Of a stretch of DNA of 12,269 nt, positions 8,006 through 12,269 are shown in pieces. Numbering within the stretch: the first letter of the stretch is position 1; the number at the start of each line of letters is the position of its first letter. Source of the stretch: Abditibacteriaceae bacterium. GTDB lineage: Bacteria > Armatimonadota > Abditibacteriia > Abditibacteriales > Abditibacteriaceae. The stretch is taken from positions 1 through 12,269 of the forward strand of contig JANMKN010000184.1 in assembly GCA_031372065.1 (NCBI GenBank). The letters run 5' to 3'. The notes beneath the pieces were generated by a model. It worked only from the letters and a program-made list of their open reading frames with translations. It searched no databases and was not told where the DNA came from. Made by a program: the position numbers and the translations under genes.

Positions 8006-8023
8006 AATGGCATAATCTCAGCG

Positions 8024-8062
8024 TTGCTCGCACAGCGCATTGCCTTTACAATAGCCTTGTAA
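8024..8062 (+). promoter_or_regulatory. sigma70-type promoter for the TIR-STAND-TPR gene with overlapping inverted repeat (candidate operator)
   Basis: TTGCTC (8024-8029), 17 nt, TACAAT (8047-8052). TTACAA-tagcc-TTGTAA palindrome at 8046-8062. ATG is 20 nt after the -10 box. Confidence 0.6.
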
Positions 8063-8072
8063 GGCCCAAACT

Positions 8073-11000
8073 ATGCCTCTGAACGCTCCTTCTTTTGACT
8101 TCGACATCTTTGTTTCCTACGCGCACCGCGATGACCATGATGGATGGGTCGAAGCGTTCGTAGATGCCCTTACAACCGAGCACGCCCGCTTCACGCCAAC
8201 GCCACTGCGCCTCTTTTTTGATCGCGATGATATTCAAGCTATGCACGACTGGGAACATCGCATTTTGCGCGGCTTGCGCGGCTCGAAAATCATGTTAGCG
8301 CTGCTTTCGCCGCATTATTTCGACAGCCCTTATTGCCGCAAAGAATGGGAGATTTACATTGATCACGAATTGGATCGTGCCCTACCCGGCCAAGGCATCG
8401 CGCCGATTTATGTCGCCACAGAACCCGGCTTTGAAGATGAAGCAGCGGCGGCGCTTGATCATTGGTTGATAAACCTCAAGCGCCGTCAGTATTTGGATAT
8501 CCGATTGTGGCGCGAGCATGGCCCGGCAGGTTTGCAACACGAGGACGCCCAAATGCGCATTGCCCTACTCGACCAGCAAATCACCGAAAAGTTACAATTC
8601 GCCGAGGATGTCGCCAGTTCGCCGACCAATGCGCCCCCACATAATCGCAATTTCGCGGGGCGCGTCGAAGAACTGCGCAAATTGCGCGAAACATTGGCTT
8701 TGGGTCGCGTGGGAACAATCGCCGTGCTACACGGTTTGGCGGGCATCGGTAAAAGCGCCTTGGCTTTTGAATATGCTCACGCCTATGCCAGCGAATATCC
8801 CGGCGGACGCTTTGTGGTATCGGCTGCTGGTGTCGCCGATTTGCGCATACCAATTATCAATTTGGCCGACTTAAAAGGCGTTGAACTTACCGAAGACGAA
8901 CGTCAAAATTTGGAGGCGGCTTTTGCCCGCGTGCGCGCTGCCTTTGAAAGCGGGCCGCGCAGTTTGCTCGTTTTAGATGGCGTGGACGAGGCCACGCTTC
9001 TCTCACCCGCACAACGCGCGAAATGCCTGCCTGCCAGCGACAACGTTCACATTTTAGCGACCACGCGCCTCGAAGCCAAACGCGCTCATGGCTTGGAATT
9101 TATCACCATTGACGCCCTGCCCGAACGCGAAGCGTTGGCGCTCTTGGAAAAGCATCGCCCATTTGAAAATGAAGATGATCGCGCCGCTGCCGGGCGCATT
9201 GTGGCGCGACTGGGCGGTCACACTTTAGCGATGGAAGTTGTCGCCGTTTATCTTTGGCAAACACCGGAAGTTTCGTATTCAGGCTACGCCGCACGCGTGG
9301 GTGCTGAAGGATTGGGCGCCGTCGAAGGTGTGGCGATGGAAGAAGGTGTCGAACTGACGCGCCATCATGAAACAGTGCTTTCGCAATTGCTGGCACCAAC
9401 TTTGGATTCGTTAGATTCCACCGAAACTCTCATAGTGAATTACGCTGCCCTTTTGCCGCCAGAGCGCATTGCATTTCCGTGGCTCAAGGCGCTGATTGGA
9501 CAAACAGACGCGCGCTTTTCTGGCCCGGTCAAACCCGGTTATCCCGATCAGTGGAAGCAAATCGAAAGACGCCTTTTAGGTCTGCGCATTTTGACAGAAG
9601 GCGAAGAAACGCGCCTTGCCCGGATGCCGCGACTGACGCAGGAAATCATTGCCTCACGCCTTGACGATGCCTTTTGCCAGCGCGCTATTTTGGTGGCCCA
9701 CGCAGCGGAGCGCGCCAGTTGGTTGTTGGAAAACTGGACTGGCGTTGACAATCGCTGGGAAGTCGGCCCCTTATTGGACTTTGCCAAATTGCTTTTATCG
9801 GATGAATCCACCTTCGCGCAAGGCGCGACACTGGCAAATCCTGTTTCCGATGTGTTGATTCTGTTGGGCCGCTATTACGACGCCCTTTCCTTGCTGGGAC
9901 AGGCCACCACAGGCCTATCCGCGCCCGTTTTGCACGCTGATTTGCTGTCGAATTTGGCTTTGGTCGAACAAGCCTTAGGCGACACTGGCAAAGCAAAATC
10001 GCGCCTCCACGACGCGTTAAAATTGGCCGAAGACAATCAACTTTCCGGCGAAATTATGGCGCGCCTGCTTTCTAATTTGGCGGGTGTTGAGTCCGATTTA
10101 GGTGACCTGAATGCCGCACGTTCATTGCTTCAGCGAGCGATTGAAATTGAAATACAAACTTTGGGCGCGGCGCATCCGGCGCTGGCGACCAGCTATTCCA
10201 ACTTGGCCGATATTGAGCGAGAAGCCGGTCATCTCGACGAGGCGGCGCGTTTATTAAACGAAGCCATCCAAATTGAAGAAGCCGCATTAGGCACCGAGGC
10301 GCCGAATTTAGCGGTGCGCTACGCGAATCTGGCAGCGGTAGAACAAGGGCGAGGTTATCTCGCTGAGGCGCGTGCTTTGTTGCAAATCGCCATCAATTTG
10401 CAAGAACAAAATTTGGGAGACGAGCATCCCGATCTGGTAATTGGCTATTCCAATTTGGCGACCATCGAACGCGACTTAGGCAACTACGCGGCGGCGAAAA
10501 CTCTGCTCGAACGCGCCATTGATTTGCAGAAGAAGTCACTGGGCGCGGAGCATCCGGCTTTGGCAACGCGTTATTCCAATTTGGCGCTGGTTGAGTTGGA
10601 TTCGGGCAACGCGGCGCAGGCGCACCGCTTGTTGCAAGACGCCGCGCGCCTTATTGAAGACAACTTCGGTGCCGACCATCCCGCGCTGGCCGTGATTTAC
10701 TCACATCAAGCGATGGCCGAGCGTGATTTGGGAAACTTCGAGGCGGCCCGCGCCTTGATTTTGAAAGCTGTCACCGCCGATGAAGCCGCGTTCGAGCCAG
10801 ATAATCCCAATCTCGCCATTACCTATTTCAAACACGCCAGTATTGAATTGCATAGCGGCCAACTCAAAGCGGCGCGGGCACCTTTGGAGCGCGCGATTGC
10901 CATTCAGGAAAACGCCCTCGAAAATGACCATCCCCGCTTGGCGCAAAGTCTCTTTTTGATGGCCCAACTCGAAGCCGCGCATGGCAACGAAGCCGCTGCC

Positions 11001-11102
11001 CGTGAGTTTGCAGCCCGCGCTCACGCCGCTCAACACACCAGATTAGGAGCCGCACATCCCGACACCCAAAAATCAGCGGCATGGCTGCAATTGAGGACGT
11101 GA
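8073..11102 (+). CDS. TIR - NB-ARC/STAND ATPase - TPR protein (bacterial NLR-like)
   Basis: TIR: FDIFVSYAHRD, LFFDRDDI, LLSPHYFDSPYCRKEW (Glu91). NB-ARC: FAGRVEEL, Walker A GLAGIGKS (aa 221-228), Walker B LLVLDGVD (aa 298-305), ILATTR, LGGHTLA. C-terminal 42-aa TPR repeats. Confidence 0.92.
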   Translation: MPLNAPSFDFDIFVSYAHRDDHDGWVEAFVDALTTEHARFTPTPLRLFFDRDDIQAMHDWEHRILRGLRGSKIMLALLSPHYFDSPYCRKEWEIYIDHELDRALPGQGIAPIYVATEPGFEDEAAAALDHWLINLKRRQYLDIRLWREHGPAGLQHEDAQMRIALLDQQITEKLQFAEDVASSPTNAPPHNRNFAGRVEELRKLRETLALGRVGTIAVLHGLAGIGKSALAFEYAHAYASEYPGGRFVVSAAGVADLRIPIINLADLKGVELTEDERQNLEAAFARVRAAFESGPRSLLVLDGVDEATLLSPAQRAKCLPASDNVHILATTRLEAKRAHGLEFITIDALPEREALALLEKHRPFENEDDRAAAGRIVARLGGHTLAMEVVAVYLWQTPEVSYSGYAARVGAEGLGAVEGVAMEEGVELTRHHETVLSQLLAPTLDSLDSTETLIVNYAALLPPERIAFPWLKALIGQTDARFSGPVKPGYPDQWKQIERRLLGLRILTEGEETRLARMPRLTQEIIASRLDDAFCQRAILVAHAAERASWLLENWTGVDNRWEVGPLLDFAKLLLSDESTFAQGATLANPVSDVLILLGRYYDALSLLGQATTGLSAPVLHADLLSNLALVEQALGDTGKAKSRLHDALKLAEDNQLSGEIMARLLSNLAGVESDLGDLNAARSLLQRAIEIEIQTLGAAHPALATSYSNLADIEREAGHLDEAARLLNEAIQIEEAALGTEAPNLAVRYANLAAVEQGRGYLAEARALLQIAINLQEQNLGDEHPDLVIGYSNLATIERDLGNYAAAKTLLERAIDLQKKSLGAEHPALATRYSNLALVELDSGNAAQAHRLLQDAARLIEDNFGADHPALAVIYSHQAMAERDLGNFEAARALILKAVTADEAAFEPDNPNLAITYFKHASIELHSGQLKAARAPLERAIAIQENALENDHPRLAQSLFLMAQLEAAHGNEAAAREFAARAHAAQHTRLGAAHPDTQKSAAWLQLRT
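9930..11075 (+). repeat. Array of about nine 42-aa kinesin-light-chain-type TPR repeats
   Basis: Consensus HPxLAxxYSNLAxxExxLGxxxxAxxLLxxA. Equivalent codons at 10194, 10320, 10446, 10572, 10698, 10824 and 10950 (exactly 126 nt apart), plus two LSNLA units upstream. Boundaries approximate. Confidence 0.9.
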
Positions 11103-11120
11103 AGGCGCGCTTTATAACAC

Positions 11121-12269
11121 CTATGGCGCATCCTCAACTTTGATACGAAAAGTGTGAAAAATTTCCTGTCCCAGCGTGTCGTGAATGGAAAGAATTACAA
11201 CTTCCTCAGTGCCCGTGTAGTTGGCTGGCGGCATCCAAGTGAGCCGTCCTTTTTCTGTAATCGCCATTCCCGGCGGGCCACTATCCAGTTTAAATGTCAC
11301 AGCATGGCGCGCCACAACATCCAATTGATAGGTGTAGTGGCGTCCTTTGACGGCCACGTTCGGCGGCACAGATTGCACGAATAAATAATCCACATCAAGT
11401 TTTTGTAACTCGCGCAATAGTTCGATAGGCCGCAACACCAATTGGTCACGCGCGGCGGAAAGCGTCACCAGCAAATTATAAGAGGGCATGAAAAAGATGC
11501 GTTTATCGGCGGGCAAGCGATCACTTGAACGAACGCCGGCCATTGGGTCGCCGACTTCCTCAAGTGTCGCCAGTTTCATAATCAAGCGGCGGTCATTGGC
11601 CGAATACAAAGATAATTCGACTGGCGATGGTTTTTGCTGCCCAAAACCACCAGCGCGTCCCCAAAAACGATTGACACCATTCAGTCCTAAATAAAACGCC
11701 GAGGAATAGGATGGAAGAAAGGCAATTTCCTCATTGCGGCGCTCATTTTCTCGCCCATCAAGCGGTTTCATGTCGGGCGTAAAAAGGCCAACCGAGGTAT
11801 AAATCGTGCGGCCATCGGGCGAGGGTAAGACAAGGCCAACATCAGCAACGCCGACACGCCGACTTAATACGCTGCCGTTTAGCACCGTTATGCCCCCCTC
11901 GCGCGGCGACCCTTCGTTGACCCACGCCGTGAATAAGGTTCCATCGGCAGAAACGCGCACATTTTTGCCTTCGATGCCGCGCGGGTTGACGCCATTAGGG
12001 ATTATTTTCACATCCAGCGGCTGCAATTTTTGCAAGTCGAAAAAGACAATCGGGCCACCGGAATCTGGCCCACGCCAACGCGTTTGTTGAGCTATGCCTA
12101 CCGGCCCTTGCGACGAGGCACCCATGCCTGCGCCCACAGCGATAAAGCCGCCGGGCAACAAAGTAGATAATTCGCGTTCGCCGGTCAGCAAATTCCAGCG
12201 TTGAATAATACCTTCATTGGGCAGAATCACAACTAATTTATCCATGCCCGCCGCAATATAGGCTTCGTC
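11121..12269 (-). CDS. C-terminal part of a larger, probably exported protein: beta-propeller-like region plus C-terminal putative Ig (He_PIG/cadherin-like) domain; 5' end outside the window
   Basis: Frame is open from the window edge (DEAYIAAG-MDKLVV...), so the Met at 12245 is probably internal. Blade-like motifs VRVSADGTLF, PSPDGRTIYT and IVFFDL. Ig-like tail SVPP..AVKG..YTYQL.V....FKLDSGPPGMAITEKGRLTW.P. TAG at 11123-11121. Confidence 0.75.
   Translation of the reverse strand, partial: DEAYIAAGMDKLVVILPNEGIIQRWNLLTGERELSTLLPGGFIAVGAGMGASSQGPVGIAQQTRWRGPDSGGPIVFFDLQKLQPLDVKIIPNGVNPRGIEGKNVRVSADGTLFTAWVNEGSPREGGITVLNGSVLSRRVGVADVGLVLPSPDGRTIYTSVGLFTPDMKPLDGRENERRNEEIAFLPSYSSAFYLGLNGVNRFWGRAGGFGQQKPSPVELSLYSANDRRLIMKLATLEEVGDPMAGVRSSDRLPADKRIFFMPSYNLLVTLSAARDQLVLRPIELLRELQKLDVDYLFVQSVPPNVAVKGRHYTYQLDVVARHAVTFKLDSGPPGMAITEKGRLTWMPPANYTGTEEVVILSIHDTLGQEIFHTFRIKVEDAP

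Noticed and set aside
650..11036. Long antisense and alternative-frame ORFs (e.g. 650-1264 -, 5742-6557 -, 7139-7612 -, 4786-5163 +, 10701-11036 -)
   Set aside because: All overlap well-supported genes, lack recognisable motifs, and are expected shadows of GC-rich codon usage.
4841..11102. queF and the TIR-NLR as one deazaguanine-linked defence system (dpd, Qat or type IV CBASS-like)
   Set aside because: Those systems use QueC or TGT-like proteins, none of which is present. QueF here looks canonical and is separated from the NLR by three unrelated genes and a separate candidate promoter.
8073..11102. Assignment to the actinobacterial FxSxx-COOH (FxsT/FxsC) system or to a named Avs type
   Set aside because: The domain types are similar, but no precursor peptide, radical SAM or other partner gene is adjacent, and sequence-level assignment needs an HMM search.
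12243..12245. ATG at 12245 as the start of the last gene
   Set aside because: The frame stays open to the window edge and the sequence begins mid-domain with no signal peptide, so the Met is probably internal.

Overview
Bacterial genomic window of moderate GC, densely coding. Eight complete genes lie on the + strand: (1) a DUF1592-type 'planctomycete cytochrome c' protein with two CxxCH motifs; (2) its usual partner, a Tat-exported DUF1552/HXXSHH protein; (3) a TrmH/SpoU RNA methyltransferase; (4) queF; (5) an M15 zinc peptidase with no signal peptide; (6-7) lutB and lutC lactate-utilization genes with no adjacent lutA; (8) a 1009-aa TIR-NB-ARC(STAND)-TPR protein, i.e. a bacterial NLR-like receptor. 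A convergent gene on the - strand is cut by the window edge and ends in an Ig-like domain. The best candidate for new biology is the NLR-like gene. It has a predicted catalytic TIR glutamate, non-canonical GLPL- and MHD-equivalent motifs, an exact 126-nt TPR array, and a sigma70-like promoter whose -10 box sits inside a palindrome. Also notable are a GC-rich palindromic element read in frame inside lutC, a 21-nt tandem repeat plus hairpin at the left edge, and the functionally uncharacterised DUF1592/DUF1552 pair. All family calls come from motif recognition by eye; no database search was run.
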